Shown here: piece by piece, positions 15,927-25,292 of the stretch
Position numbering within the stretch: the stretch's first letter is position 1
Layout of the letters: the number at the start of each line of letters is the position of its first letter
Source: Candidatus Magasanikbacteria bacterium RIFCSPHIGHO2_02_FULL_48_18
GTDB lineage: Bacteria; Patescibacteriota; Patescibacteriia; Magasanikbacterales; UBA922
Reading direction: 5' to 3'
Length of the DNA: 58,008 bases
Assembly (NCBI GenBank): GCA_001784285.1
Contig: MFQC01000003.1
Location: 84,151-142,158 of the forward strand
Notes under the pieces: generated by a model
Told to the model about the DNA's origin: nothing
The model's database searches: none
The model's input: the letters and a program-made list of their open reading frames with translations, nothing else
Position numbers and translations under genes: made by a program

Positions 15927-16106
15927 GTATTGCTCGCAAAGCTCTCTCTGGACGGCTTCGAGCACGGTGAGGCTCGGTCCACACTGGTTCCCGAGGTGAG
16001 CAATGTTACTTCCATCAATAATAAAATAGCTCAGCAGTCCAGCCTCCATTCGCGTAAAATCCTTATACGATGGTTTACCGCCTGAATGTATTTGCCAAGA
16101 ATCCAT
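15885..16106 (-). pseudogene. N-terminal fragment of a NYN/PIN-like ribonuclease
   Basis: YFIIDGSNIAHLGN....PSLTVLEAVQRELCEQYPECRITIFVD resembles the NYN pattern (vIDGsNVa....g.eV.vfvD). The remainder of the 164-aa ORF is antisense to the IS30 fragment and looks nonsensical. Confidence 0.45.
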
Positions 16107-16231
16107 CGTATGGTATTATTGGAACACCAAGAGTCAAGCTAATCCTTAATTACCACTATATGCAACGAGAGCGGGGACCCAAGCAAGTCCTTTCGTCCAA
16201 TTATAGCGAACAGTCCAGGGGCGTTGAGCCG

Positions 16232-16474
16232 ATGGCTCGTGATACTGCGGCAGATATCTTGCGAGAGGTGGCCCGTGTTGGAGAATTTGGCGGTGACATG
16301 ACGCCTAGGCCACACGCAATTGGTCGAGCACTCTTTCGAATTCTCAGTAACAATGGTGCTCCAGATGAGTATAATCTCGCTGAACTCACACGAGGTTTCC
16401 TTCACCAGCCTTCCGAACTGCTTGTGGAAGATCCACCGTCACACGATGGCGAGGAAGACGATGACGATGACTAG
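16232..16474 (+). CDS. Hypothetical GC-rich ORF with a poly-acidic tail (uncertain)
   Basis: MARDTAADILREVARVGEF...DGEEDDDDD. It lies in GC-rich DNA where long ORFs arise by chance. Confidence 0.3.
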   Translation: MARDTAADILREVARVGEFGGDMTPRPHAIGRALFRILSNNGAPDEYNLAELTRGFLHQPSELLVEDPPSHDGEEDDDDD

Positions 16475-16966
16475 CGTAAAGAGGATTGATAGACGATTGA
16501 TAGATCTGGTTTACTATCGGCCGATGTGCAATTGCTGAACAATCCTTCTAACGTGTCGCCGGACTGCCCAGAGTGCGAAACCAGTTGCCATCGATGTTGT
16601 GTTGCACATCCAATCTCGTGGACCCGGTATCTCGTTGTAGCAAGTGTGTCAGGATCGGTGGGTTCCTTCTCTCTGAACCCGTACTTCAGCTCATCCAGTC
16701 TGCCGTCCCAGAGGACGGCGGTGAGGGCGACACGGATTTTCCAAGGGTGGTCAATTGGGTCTCAACCCATTCCCACCACCTCCAGTTGAAAGGAATCTGG
16801 TTTTCAAGGCCGCGTGGAGCATGACTACCAGTTGGGTTCTAACGCCATTCCAATCGGCCTGCACAGTAATAAATCGGCCGTTTTTGGCCATGAGCCGGCA
16901 TCCTCGCCGTCGAATTCGATCCGAATTTTTCGTAAAACGATTACAAGAAGATTTTTGTTAGATTGT

Positions 16967-18016
16967 ATGGATGAAAAAGGTGCAAGAGAATTAGTTGTCC
17001 CAAGAGACATAACAATAAATTTGCGAAATGTTGCTATTTCTCTTTCTATCTCGGTTGGCCGTGGTGAAAAAACAGATCTGTCCATTCTTGTGAATGATAC
17101 AACGAGCAAAGAACAGATTGCTGAAAATGCAGGAAAAGCAATACATGACCAATACTGGTACGCAGATGAAGTATGGGAACAGGAAGACTTGAAAGAGCGT
17201 TTTTGTATAGATCTTGAAGAACACAAAATAGATGTTTTCGTATTTGGAGATGATATAAAAACAGAACAACGAGATCTTATTGTGCAATCGATTGAGCGCG
17301 TCTATAATTTGCTTGGTGGTCAAGACAGAGAGGCATGGGATCTTGAGTCAATTCAAATCTTAGCAAGGGAAAACAAAAATTTAAAAAATAATCAACTGAT
17401 GCGAGGAGGGGAATATCCTGTCCAAAAGCGTTTTGAACTTTTTACTCCAGGTATAGCGTTGGCTCCGTACAGAGAAGGGGAATTACCCTGTTCTGAGCTT
17501 GAGGGGACATTGATTCATGAGTTGACACATATGGTTCTTGAGAACCGACTTGCACAACTGTGGGAAGGGACAGACCTTGGTTGGAGAAGTGTGGAACCAG
17601 ACGAACTCATTGAACTCCCAGGGGGTGCTCATACATCTTTTTATAATGAGCGTCCTCAAGAATGCCCAACAAGCTATGCCTGTTTGCAGGGAGATGATGA
17701 TCGTGCCGAAAGCGTTATTGCCTATATTTTTTCTCCTGATACACTAGACCCAAAGCGAAAAAAAATCCTTGATCAAGTGTTCACCCAGTCATCCCCCAAC
17801 ACAAAAGCCGTTTTGACACATATGCCGGTTACTCTTCCTGAGCTTCCTTCTCAAATGAGTGTCTCTGTTGCTGAAGCAAAAAGTGTGTTTGCGCCAAGCA
17901 AAAAGACAGCAGGAGCACAAGAACCAAAACCCAAATCCAAAAAGATTATTTCATTGGGGGAATATCGACAGCAGAAATGCATTGCGGAACCTATATTTTT
18001 GAAGCCTTATGCATAA
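16967..18016 (+). CDS. Putative zinc metallopeptidase (HEXXH)
   Basis: LIHELTHMVLEN (HEXXH) with downstream acidic candidates (DDDRAESVIAY). Start moved to ATG 16967, where the base composition returns to AT-rich. Confidence 0.5.
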   Translation: MDEKGARELVVPRDITINLRNVAISLSISVGRGEKTDLSILVNDTTSKEQIAENAGKAIHDQYWYADEVWEQEDLKERFCIDLEEHKIDVFVFGDDIKTEQRDLIVQSIERVYNLLGGQDREAWDLESIQILARENKNLKNNQLMRGGEYPVQKRFELFTPGIALAPYREGELPCSELEGTLIHELTHMVLENRLAQLWEGTDLGWRSVEPDELIELPGGAHTSFYNERPQECPTSYACLQGDDDRAESVIAYIFSPDTLDPKRKKILDQVFTQSSPNTKAVLTHMPVTLPELPSQMSVSVAEAKSVFAPSKKTAGAQEPKPKSKKIISLGEYRQQKCIAEPIFLKPYA

Positions 18017-18099
18017 AGGATATGACTATTACGGTTTACTTTGTTTTTGAAGTCAAATTCGTTGGAGTATTCTGTGCTTAATTTCTTTGGTCATATAAT

Positions 18100-18921
18100 A
18101 TGAGCGTGGTACAATCGGAAACCGAAGCAATTGATTGGTACGAAGGCCAGGAACGCTTTCTCACCAAACAGTATATTGACACCATTCCGTGGAACGATGT
18201 CGGCCGGCATCCTTTTGACGAAGCATTTCTTCCCGTGCTTGTGTATATGCGCGATGTTGAAAAATTCACGGAAATTTATTATCAAGAACTCATGAAGACG
18301 CCCACAGGAAATGACCCGATAATCCGCCGTTTTATGGACAAATGGGCGACCGAGGAGGCGGTCCATGGAGATTTGCTAAATCGTTTTTTGGAAGAAGCAA
18401 ACTATCCAACGGATGAAAAATGGTTTGAAAAAGCAAAAGCGCGAATTCCAAAATTTCAGCGTGTGTCGAGCGCGTTTTCCACCGCCACCGCGCGTTTGAC
18501 GGGAAAACATTTTTCCGCGGTACACATGACGTGGGGAGCGATCAATGAATTTTCCACCCTTACCGGTTATCGGACACTGTGGGAAAAAGCGAACCATCCC
18601 GTTTTGACATATCTTTTAAAGGCAATCGCGCGCGAAGAGGCGGTCCATTCTTTTTTTTACTGGACCATTGCTCGCCTTAAATTGCAGACGTCTCAATTTC
18701 GTCAGCGCATGACCCGCTATATCATTCAAAAATTTTGGACGCCGGTTGGACAGGGGCTCAAGCGGGAGCACGAAACAAACTATGTCATTCGCGCGCTTTT
18801 TTCCGGCGAAGAAGGCGTGGCTGTCATGCGTGATTTTGTCAACAGCAAAGTGGAACAATTGCCCGGGCTTGAGGGCATCCATACCGTTACGGAACGCATC
18901 CGAAAGGTTGTGTTGACATAA
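18100..18921 (+). CDS. Ferritin-like di-iron carboxylate protein (acyl-ACP-desaturase-like)
   Basis: Two EExxH motifs (WATEEAVHG and IAREEAVHS) about 100 residues apart. Confidence 0.65.
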   Translation: MSVVQSETEAIDWYEGQERFLTKQYIDTIPWNDVGRHPFDEAFLPVLVYMRDVEKFTEIYYQELMKTPTGNDPIIRRFMDKWATEEAVHGDLLNRFLEEANYPTDEKWFEKAKARIPKFQRVSSAFSTATARLTGKHFSAVHMTWGAINEFSTLTGYRTLWEKANHPVLTYLLKAIAREEAVHSFFYWTIARLKLQTSQFRQRMTRYIIQKFWTPVGQGLKREHETNYVIRALFSGEEGVAVMRDFVNSKVEQLPGLEGIHTVTERIRKVVLT

Positions 18922-18939
18922 AAATTATTCATTAAACGT

Positions 18940-19812
18940 TTGAACTTACCACATGTGCGCCCGTATCTCTTTGTATTCCTTGGGGCTTCTCTTGGGGGAT
19001 TCTCTGGAATATTTGTCAAATTGCTAGGCATATCATCCGGGAGCATTGCATTTTTCCGCTTTGCGGTCCCTACAGTCCTTTTTGGGCTTTTTTTTCTTTT
19101 CAAAAAACATTGGCCGTTTCATGGAAATTACGGATGGATGCTTTTTGCCTCCCTGCTCAATGCGCTAAAAATTTTGTTTTTTGTTTTTGGATTTTTATTG
19201 ACGCAGATAGGGAATGCTCAGATTTTATTTTTTACGTGGCCGTTGTTTGTTGCGCTGTTTGAAGTGGTATTGTTGCGCCAAAAAATAAAAAAACATATTC
19301 TTGTATTATTTGCTCTGGCTTCTCTTGGTATTTTTATTATTTTTAGTACGAAAGATTTTTCTCTTTCCGATTATAATTTTTTTGGCATGGCCGCGATTCT
19401 TTTTTCTGCCATTCTTACCGGACTTATGACGGTTATTATGAAAAAAGAAATTCATGAGTATTCGAATGTGGAAGCGATATTTTTTCAATGTCTTGTGGGG
19501 GCTTGTATTTTTTTGCCGTTTTTTGTCTTTTCTTTCCCTTTTTTTGAAATCAAAACCATTGGACTGGGAGTTTTCTATGGGTTGCTCATTGGGGTATTTT
19601 TGTGGCTCTTTTATTTTGCCGGCCTCCGGCGATTGAAAGCGTCTCATTTTTCACTGCTCACCTATTGGGAAGTGCCGGCCGCATTAGTCTATGCAGTGCT
19701 ATTCCTTGGGGAAACCATATCAGTGAATCAAATTGTTGGCGCGTTTTGTATTTTAGGGGCTGGCGCTTTACTGTTTTTTTTCGATAATAAAAAAGAACGT
19801 ATTTTTCTTTGA
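18940..19812 (+). CDS. DMT/EamA-family membrane transporter
   Basis: About 10 hydrophobic segments with two-fold repeat organisation. Uses a TTG/GTG start. Confidence 0.65.
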   Translation: MNLPHVRPYLFVFLGASLGGFSGIFVKLLGISSGSIAFFRFAVPTVLFGLFFLFKKHWPFHGNYGWMLFASLLNALKILFFVFGFLLTQIGNAQILFFTWPLFVALFEVVLLRQKIKKHILVLFALASLGIFIIFSTKDFSLSDYNFFGMAAILFSAILTGLMTVIMKKEIHEYSNVEAIFFQCLVGACIFLPFFVFSFPFFEIKTIGLGVFYGLLIGVFLWLFYFAGLRRLKASHFSLLTYWEVPAALVYAVLFLGETISVNQIVGAFCILGAGALLFFFDNKKERIFL

Positions 19813-19817
19813 TCCGT

Positions 19818-20951
19818 ATGTCCAATCAAAAAGGAACATTATTGGTGTGTAAGGGCATCATCATGTTTTCTTTTCTTGTAGTTTCTTTTATTTTGGCTGG
19901 TACCGGGTGTAGCACGTCGGAAGAGAATAGTTTTTTTGTTTCTTCCACTCAAGAATCTTCTGTTATCAAAAAAAGTGAAGGAGAAGAAGACAGCACAATT
20001 TCTTTGCTTGAGCGGGTTGACCTTTCTTCTGTTGATCCGCATTTTCGTTTTTCCGCGAATATTCCGGACGAATGGGACGTGGCATATGTTCCGCAAATAG
20101 AATCTTTCAGCATATATAAAAAAGACGCGGAACATGATGAAGAGCCATCTCAAATTTTTATTCGTTATTTTGAGGCAAATTCCTTTCTTACCCTTTCGAC
20201 CGTGGATATATTGGAAAAAAATAAAACGAGCGTGAACGGCCATGAGGCGGTCCAATATAAAATCATCAAAAAATCATCGGTTTCAAATTTTTCATTTCAG
20301 CCGCAATGGAGAAACGAAGAGCACCGGCTTGTGGATGTCCGGCTTTCAGGGCAGAACCCATCGTTGTTTTATGTATTTGCGCATAATCCGAGTCTCGACG
20401 AAAATATATTTCGTGCATTTCTATCATCTCTTATTTTTCATAATGACAGCAAAAGTTTTGTCTCGCCTATAGATCGGTGGAACGAGCGGACACTCAAAAA
20501 ATTATTTGGCACATTTATAACGCCGGAAAATTCGCCCGTACAGCCGGAGAAATTTTCAGGATACCACACGGGCCTTGATTTTGAAATTTTTGATGACGAA
20601 AAAGAAACTGATGTCTCCGTACGGGCCGTTTGCGGCGGCCCCATTATGGAAAAACGTCAAGCAACCGGTTATGGTGGCGTTGTTGTGCAATCCTGTCTTT
20701 TCGACAGCGACGCAATAACCGTAGTGTATGGCCACCTGAACCTGGAAACCGTGAGCGGGCAAAAAGGAGATTATCGCGCTCCGGGAGATCTTATTGGGCT
20801 TTTGGGGGCTGAGTTTACCCCTGAAACCGGCGGGGAACGGAAACATCTTCATTTAGGCATTCATAAAGGCAATACTGTTGATATTCGAGGGTATGTGGAG
20901 AATGAGGAGGCGTTGGGTGGATGGATGAATTTTTCCACAGTTGTCAAATAA
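19818..20951 (+). CDS. M23-family metallopeptidase, lipoprotein
   Basis: Lipobox ILAGTGC, plus M23 motifs GYHTGLDFE (HxxxD) and KHLHLGIH (HxH). Confidence 0.8.
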   Translation: MSNQKGTLLVCKGIIMFSFLVVSFILAGTGCSTSEENSFFVSSTQESSVIKKSEGEEDSTISLLERVDLSSVDPHFRFSANIPDEWDVAYVPQIESFSIYKKDAEHDEEPSQIFIRYFEANSFLTLSTVDILEKNKTSVNGHEAVQYKIIKKSSVSNFSFQPQWRNEEHRLVDVRLSGQNPSLFYVFAHNPSLDENIFRAFLSSLIFHNDSKSFVSPIDRWNERTLKKLFGTFITPENSPVQPEKFSGYHTGLDFEIFDDEKETDVSVRAVCGGPIMEKRQATGYGGVVVQSCLFDSDAITVVYGHLNLETVSGQKGDYRAPGDLIGLLGAEFTPETGGERKHLHLGIHKGNTVDIRGYVENEEALGGWMNFSTVVK

Positions 20952-20999
20952 ATACATATTTGGTATGATATGAGAAGTATTATTTTTTTCTTTTTCTCT

Positions 21000-21632
21000 A
21001 TGAAGAAATATCTGTATGGATTTATAGGAGTTTTGGCGATGGTGGTCTTGACCGGCACCGGATGCGCCTCTTCAAATACCGCAACACGCGTGGAGACCGG
21101 GGCCGAAGTGGATGGGCCGGTGAGTGTGACCTATGAAGGAGAGGCTGAGAATATCGAAGACGAAGAAGCTAAAAACGAAGAAGTTGTGGCTACAACGTCC
21201 GAAAAAACACCGACCAGCTCCGAAAGCATGGAAAAGAAAGAAGAAGGCATAGCAATAAAGTTAGAGGAAAAATCGGGAGCAACGGATGACACGTCAAATC
21301 AGAACGGTGTTATGCTAAAAGGAGACACCAAGGTAGATGTGGAAGTGAAAGCGGGAGCCGAAGTGGCAATAAACATCGGCGCGAAAAATTTTGAATTTTC
21401 TCAAGAAGAAATTAAAGTAAAAAAAGGCGATACGGTAAAAATTACCCTCACGAGCACGCAAGGATTCCATGATTGGAAGCTGGATGAATTCAAGGCAGCA
21501 ACAAAACAAGTTAATACCGGAGAAACCGCGACCGTGGAATTTGTCGCGGACAAAGCCGGAACATTTGAATATTATTGTTCGATCGGTAGCCATCGCCAAA
21601 TGGGCATGGTTGGAAAGCTGATTGTGGAGTAA
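21000..21632 (+). CDS. Cupredoxin (type-1 blue copper) lipoprotein
   Basis: Lipobox LTGTGC. Copper ligand pattern H(DW)...YYCSIGSHRQMGM (His, Cys, His, Met). Confidence 0.8.
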   Translation: MKKYLYGFIGVLAMVVLTGTGCASSNTATRVETGAEVDGPVSVTYEGEAENIEDEEAKNEEVVATTSEKTPTSSESMEKKEEGIAIKLEEKSGATDDTSNQNGVMLKGDTKVDVEVKAGAEVAINIGAKNFEFSQEEIKVKKGDTVKITLTSTQGFHDWKLDEFKAATKQVNTGETATVEFVADKAGTFEYYCSIGSHRQMGMVGKLIVE

Positions 21633-21679
21633 AACGTAAAACATAAAAACAAAGGAACAATGCCAAAAAAATAATAAAA

Positions 21680-21702
21680 AGACGGCCGCGGAACGGTCGT
21701 CT
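21680..21702 (+). terminator. Hairpin downstream of the cupredoxin gene (weak T-run)
   Basis: AGACGGCC-GCGGAAC-GGTCGTCT followed by TT. Confidence 0.4.
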
Positions 21703-21711
21703 TTGGGTATA

Positions 21712-21740
21712 TTGAATATTTGGTACTAAAATAGTATACT
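21712..21740 (+). promoter_or_regulatory. Sigma70-type promoter
   Basis: TTGAAT (21712-21717), 17-nt spacer, TATACT (21735-21740). Confidence 0.55.
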
Positions 21741-21761
21741 GCCCCGTATAAATTATATGGT

Positions 21762-23084
21762 ATGAAACGTCCCTTTCTTTTGTTTTTTACTTTTGTCTGC
21801 CTTGGCATTATTGGCTTTTTTTGGTGGCGAAATTCCGGTGTTCTTCTTTTGGATGCTGGAGCGAGGGCCGATGGCATGGGTTTCATTGTTTTTGGCAGAC
21901 TTTTTGGTCTTTTGGCTGTTTTTTGTATTCTCGTACAGCTTTTATTGATTGGCCGTATCAAATGGATAGAAAATACTATTGGATTTGATAAACTTGCGCA
22001 TCTGCATCATCTCAATGGTTTTTTAGCCCTATTTTTTATTCTCCTCCACCCATTTTTTATTATTTTCGGATACAAAGGGCTTTCCGATTCTTCTTTTGTC
22101 CATCAATTTTTTACACTGCTGTCGCTTGATGACGTTCTTGGCGCGGTGATCGGGTTTGTATTGTTTGCCTTGGTCGTCACATTTTCTATTGTGGCTGTTG
22201 CAAAACGACTACGCTACGAAGTATGGTATGGCATTCATGTGTCTGTCTATGCCGCAATTCTTTTTTCGTATGGGCATCAGTTGGAATTGGGAGGGGATTT
22301 TCTGTCTCAGCCTTTTTTTGTGCTTTTTTGGTACGCGCTCTACGCGTTTGTATTTACCAATTTTGTCGTTTTTCGATTTATAATGCCGGTATGGCGATAC
22401 GCCAAGCACCGCTTTGTGGTGGATCTAATTGTAAAAGAAGCCGATGGCGCGCATTCGGTGTATATCACTGCCAAACATCTTGACGCGTGGAAAGCAAAAC
22501 CCGGGCAATTTATTATTGTCCGATTTTTTCAAAAAGGATTTTGGTGGGAAGCACATCCGTTTTCGCTCTCTTCTCCGGTGAAAGGATCCATTCGGATTAC
22601 CGCCAAAGCATTGGGCGACTTTACCAAAAAAATTCCATCGCTTTCGTCCGGAACCAAAGTGCTTATTGACGGCCCGCATGGCGGCTTTACGCCAAATGAA
22701 AAAACAAAAAAGAAGGTTTTGCTTGTCGCGGGCGGCATTGGAGTTACGCCGCTTCGAACCATTTCGGAAGAATTATTGCAGAAGGGGTATGACGTGGCGT
22801 TTGTGTATTCCACCAAAGTAAAAGAAGAATCCGTGTTCAATCAAGAATTTATAAAACTCCAAGAACAATTTACCCAACAATTTCATTTTGTTCCGGTCTA
22901 TACGCGCGGAGAGCCGGCACAAAAAATTGATGAAACATTTTTCATGAATTTTGTGGATGATCTGAAAGAACGGGAAGCCTTTATTTGTGGTCCAAAACCG
23001 ATGATTGAGAGTATTGCGCTCATGTTAGAGCGTCTTGGATTATCAAAAAAGGATATTCATTTTGAAAAGTTTTCGTTTTCGTAA
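21762..23084 (+). CDS. Ferric-reductase-like transmembrane domain fused to an FNR-type FAD/NAD(P)H-binding module (NOX-like)
   Basis: Six TM segments with conserved His residues. FNR-type motifs include PGQFIIVRF, HPFSLSS and VLLVAGGIGVTPL. Confidence 0.8.
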   Translation: MKRPFLLFFTFVCLGIIGFFWWRNSGVLLLDAGARADGMGFIVFGRLFGLLAVFCILVQLLLIGRIKWIENTIGFDKLAHLHHLNGFLALFFILLHPFFIIFGYKGLSDSSFVHQFFTLLSLDDVLGAVIGFVLFALVVTFSIVAVAKRLRYEVWYGIHVSVYAAILFSYGHQLELGGDFLSQPFFVLFWYALYAFVFTNFVVFRFIMPVWRYAKHRFVVDLIVKEADGAHSVYITAKHLDAWKAKPGQFIIVRFFQKGFWWEAHPFSLSSPVKGSIRITAKALGDFTKKIPSLSSGTKVLIDGPHGGFTPNEKTKKKVLLVAGGIGVTPLRTISEELLQKGYDVAFVYSTKVKEESVFNQEFIKLQEQFTQQFHFVPVYTRGEPAQKIDETFFMNFVDDLKEREAFICGPKPMIESIALMLERLGLSKKDIHFEKFSFS

Positions 23085-23208
23085 TTTAAAGTACTTACTC
23101 AGTAAACTCAGTCTGCTCTGTTGAAGATACTTTTTTCAAACTATATTCAATCGAGCCCTCCTTTCCTCCTTGTGTTTTGGGCTCGGGTTATTGCTCGAGG
23201 TGGCCCGC

Positions 23209-24015
23209 CTACCGAAGCGAGCCGATGAACCTCCCGACTACCTCGTTGAACCGATTTGCCTCCTCGAGGAATGGGCAGTGGTTTGAATTGCCAAAAAGCT
23301 CAAGGCGCGCGTTCGGCATCTGCCGGACGATGTACTCTCCGATGGCCGTCGGCACGAGCTTGGGCTCGGCTGCGCCGAAGCACACGAGAGTCGGGATGTT
23401 CACCGCCGGCAAGACGCCACGGCAGTCGAGCACCGTCTGGTCGAAGAAGATCGCCGCGGCGATCGACGCCGGAGGCTTGCAGGCCTCAGCGACCATCCAG
23501 GCCGACTCTTCCTCAGTCGGCCCGCGGTGGAACATGCTGAGAAAGAAACCACGCACCACCCCCTCTTGGTTGTCTTGCAGCCCGGACATGATCTCCCGGA
23601 GGATTTTCATGTCCACACCCCCATGCTGCCAACCGGGGGCAGCATACTCGTAGGGGGACTGCTCGACGATAACTGTGCCTTGCACGTTGGCAGTTCCGAA
23701 CTGCCGAAGGTACTCCCAAATGACAAGTGCCCCCATTGACCAGCCCACGAGCACGGGGCGCGAGAGGCCAAGGGCCTCGATGAAGCCCCCAAGGTCGCGG
23801 GCGTACTGGAATACGGTGTTTCCGGTTTGTGTCTTCTCGGAGCATCCGTGGCTCCGGAGGTCGAGGGCGATCGCCCGGTGTTGTTGTCCAAAGTGCGTCA
23901 GTTGTTTTTCGAAGAACCGGCCGCTCATCCACACCCCGTGGATGAAGATAACCGGCTGTCCGCTGCCACTCTCATCGTAAAAGAACCCAGTGCCATTGAA
24001 GTTTACGGTCGGCAT
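23209..24015 (-). CDS. Alpha/beta hydrolase (GC-rich island)
   Basis: FIHGVWMSG (HG oxyanion block) and nucleophile elbow GWSMGA. Markedly GC-rich codon usage. Confidence 0.8.
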   Translation of the reverse strand: MPTVNFNGTGFFYDESGSGQPVIFIHGVWMSGRFFEKQLTHFGQQHRAIALDLRSHGCSEKTQTGNTVFQYARDLGGFIEALGLSRPVLVGWSMGALVIWEYLRQFGTANVQGTVIVEQSPYEYAAPGWQHGGVDMKILREIMSGLQDNQEGVVRGFFLSMFHRGPTEEESAWMVAEACKPPASIAAAIFFDQTVLDCRGVLPAVNIPTLVCFGAAEPKLVPTAIGEYIVRQMPNARLELFGNSNHCPFLEEANRFNEVVGRFIGSLR

Positions 24016-24054
24016 TTCTGTCTCCTCGGTCGAAGTCCTTCCCCCCGAACGTTC

Positions 24055-25173
24055 CTACTCCCTGCAGTATCGGTACGCGGCGGTGGATGCGAAGTTCATG
24101 CCGTTGCTTTGGAAGACCTCACGAATCGTCTCGGCGTTCCTCTTCCACCGGTCTCCACCACGTGGGTGTTCGTCACCACCCATTGCATCGGTGAAGAAGC
24201 AGTGGGGCGTTGTATCTTCGAGCCGGTACAGTCCGGCCGTGACGCCCTGGCGCAGAAGCCACTTGTGATACTCTACAAGGGCACGCGCCGGAAGGATCAG
24301 GTCTCCTGGGGTGTAGATGATGTCCGTCTTGCCCCGCCAACAGCCGTCCTTGTCCATCGCCTTCTTCAGGGGGCTCGGCCCACCGAAGAATCGGTAGATA
24401 AAAAGGAAGAAGGCAAAGACCATGACGCTGTCCGCTTTCAGCCCCTTGTGATATTCACGGAAGGCCTCCCCTGGCATGTCGTGTCTCGCCCCTCCGAGGG
24501 CATGAACGTACGGGTTTTTTCCATCCTTGACCCACGGCCTCCAGTACCCGGTAAAAAGCCACCTGGCTCCCCACCTCGGGAGGACATAGAGAATCCTCCT
24601 TGAGAAGAGGCCCCCCACCAAGGTCAGCATGCCCCAAAGGAACCCCAAGAGTCCCCCGTATGCCCAGAACCTCCAGTTGAGGAGGATCACGCCCCACCTC
24701 TCGGGGACGGGCGTGAATTGGATGAGGGGGGTGGAGCCGTGTTGCAGTACTGATTCGCACGCTCCGCCGCTATGAACCAGCCTGTTCAGGACCTCCCGCA
24801 AGATCGCCGCGCCCGCCGAGTGACCAAAAAGACAAATCTTGTTGGTCGTCGGCACGATCGGGTTTATCTGCCGGATGTCGTTGAGGTGGCGAACGATCTG
24901 CCAGACCTCGTCGACCTGCTTAGTGAAGGTCTGCCACGGGCTGCACTCGCTGCCCCTCCGGCAGATCACCACGATCTGGTCAGTGGTGTCCTGGATGCAT
25001 CCCTCGATGAGGGGCTTGACCAGTCCCCCCTCTTCCTGGTTGTAGCCAGCCAGACCGATCCAGGTCTGTTTTGTCGTTCCGTGGCGCGACCAGACAGTGC
25101 GGGTCACGGACTTCCCATTAACATTTACCACGATCTGATGCTCCACGAACCCCATCATCTCGAGCGTCTTCAT
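24055..25173 (-). CDS. Alpha/beta-hydrolase-like protein with a hydrophobic segment (GC-rich island)
   Basis: GHSAGA nucleophile-elbow-like motif and the central hydrophobic stretch WGVILLNWRFWAYGGLLGFLWGMLTLVGGLF. Confidence 0.5.
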   Translation of the reverse strand: MKTLEMMGFVEHQIVVNVNGKSVTRTVWSRHGTTKQTWIGLAGYNQEEGGLVKPLIEGCIQDTTDQIVVICRRGSECSPWQTFTKQVDEVWQIVRHLNDIRQINPIVPTTNKICLFGHSAGAAILREVLNRLVHSGGACESVLQHGSTPLIQFTPVPERWGVILLNWRFWAYGGLLGFLWGMLTLVGGLFSRRILYVLPRWGARWLFTGYWRPWVKDGKNPYVHALGGARHDMPGEAFREYHKGLKADSVMVFAFFLFIYRFFGGPSPLKKAMDKDGCWRGKTDIIYTPGDLILPARALVEYHKWLLRQGVTAGLYRLEDTTPHCFFTDAMGGDEHPRGGDRWKRNAETIREVFQSNGMNFASTAAYRYCRE

Positions 25174-25292
25174 TGTTGTTCTCCTGTTTTTTGGGCTTTC
25201 GCCCTGTTGCGTTGTGTGCGTTGGATACCATATTTTGGGGGGAATGTCAAGAGAAAAAATAATATGTTATACTACTCCCACAGAAAAATGCT

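Noticed and set aside
16526-16961. Three overlapping + strand ORFs (87, 83 and 68 aa) and a ~91-codon stop-to-stop minus-strand frame.
   Set aside because: They are mutually overlapping frames in GC-rich DNA. They have no start codon or no motifs, so they are treated as part of the decayed mosaic.
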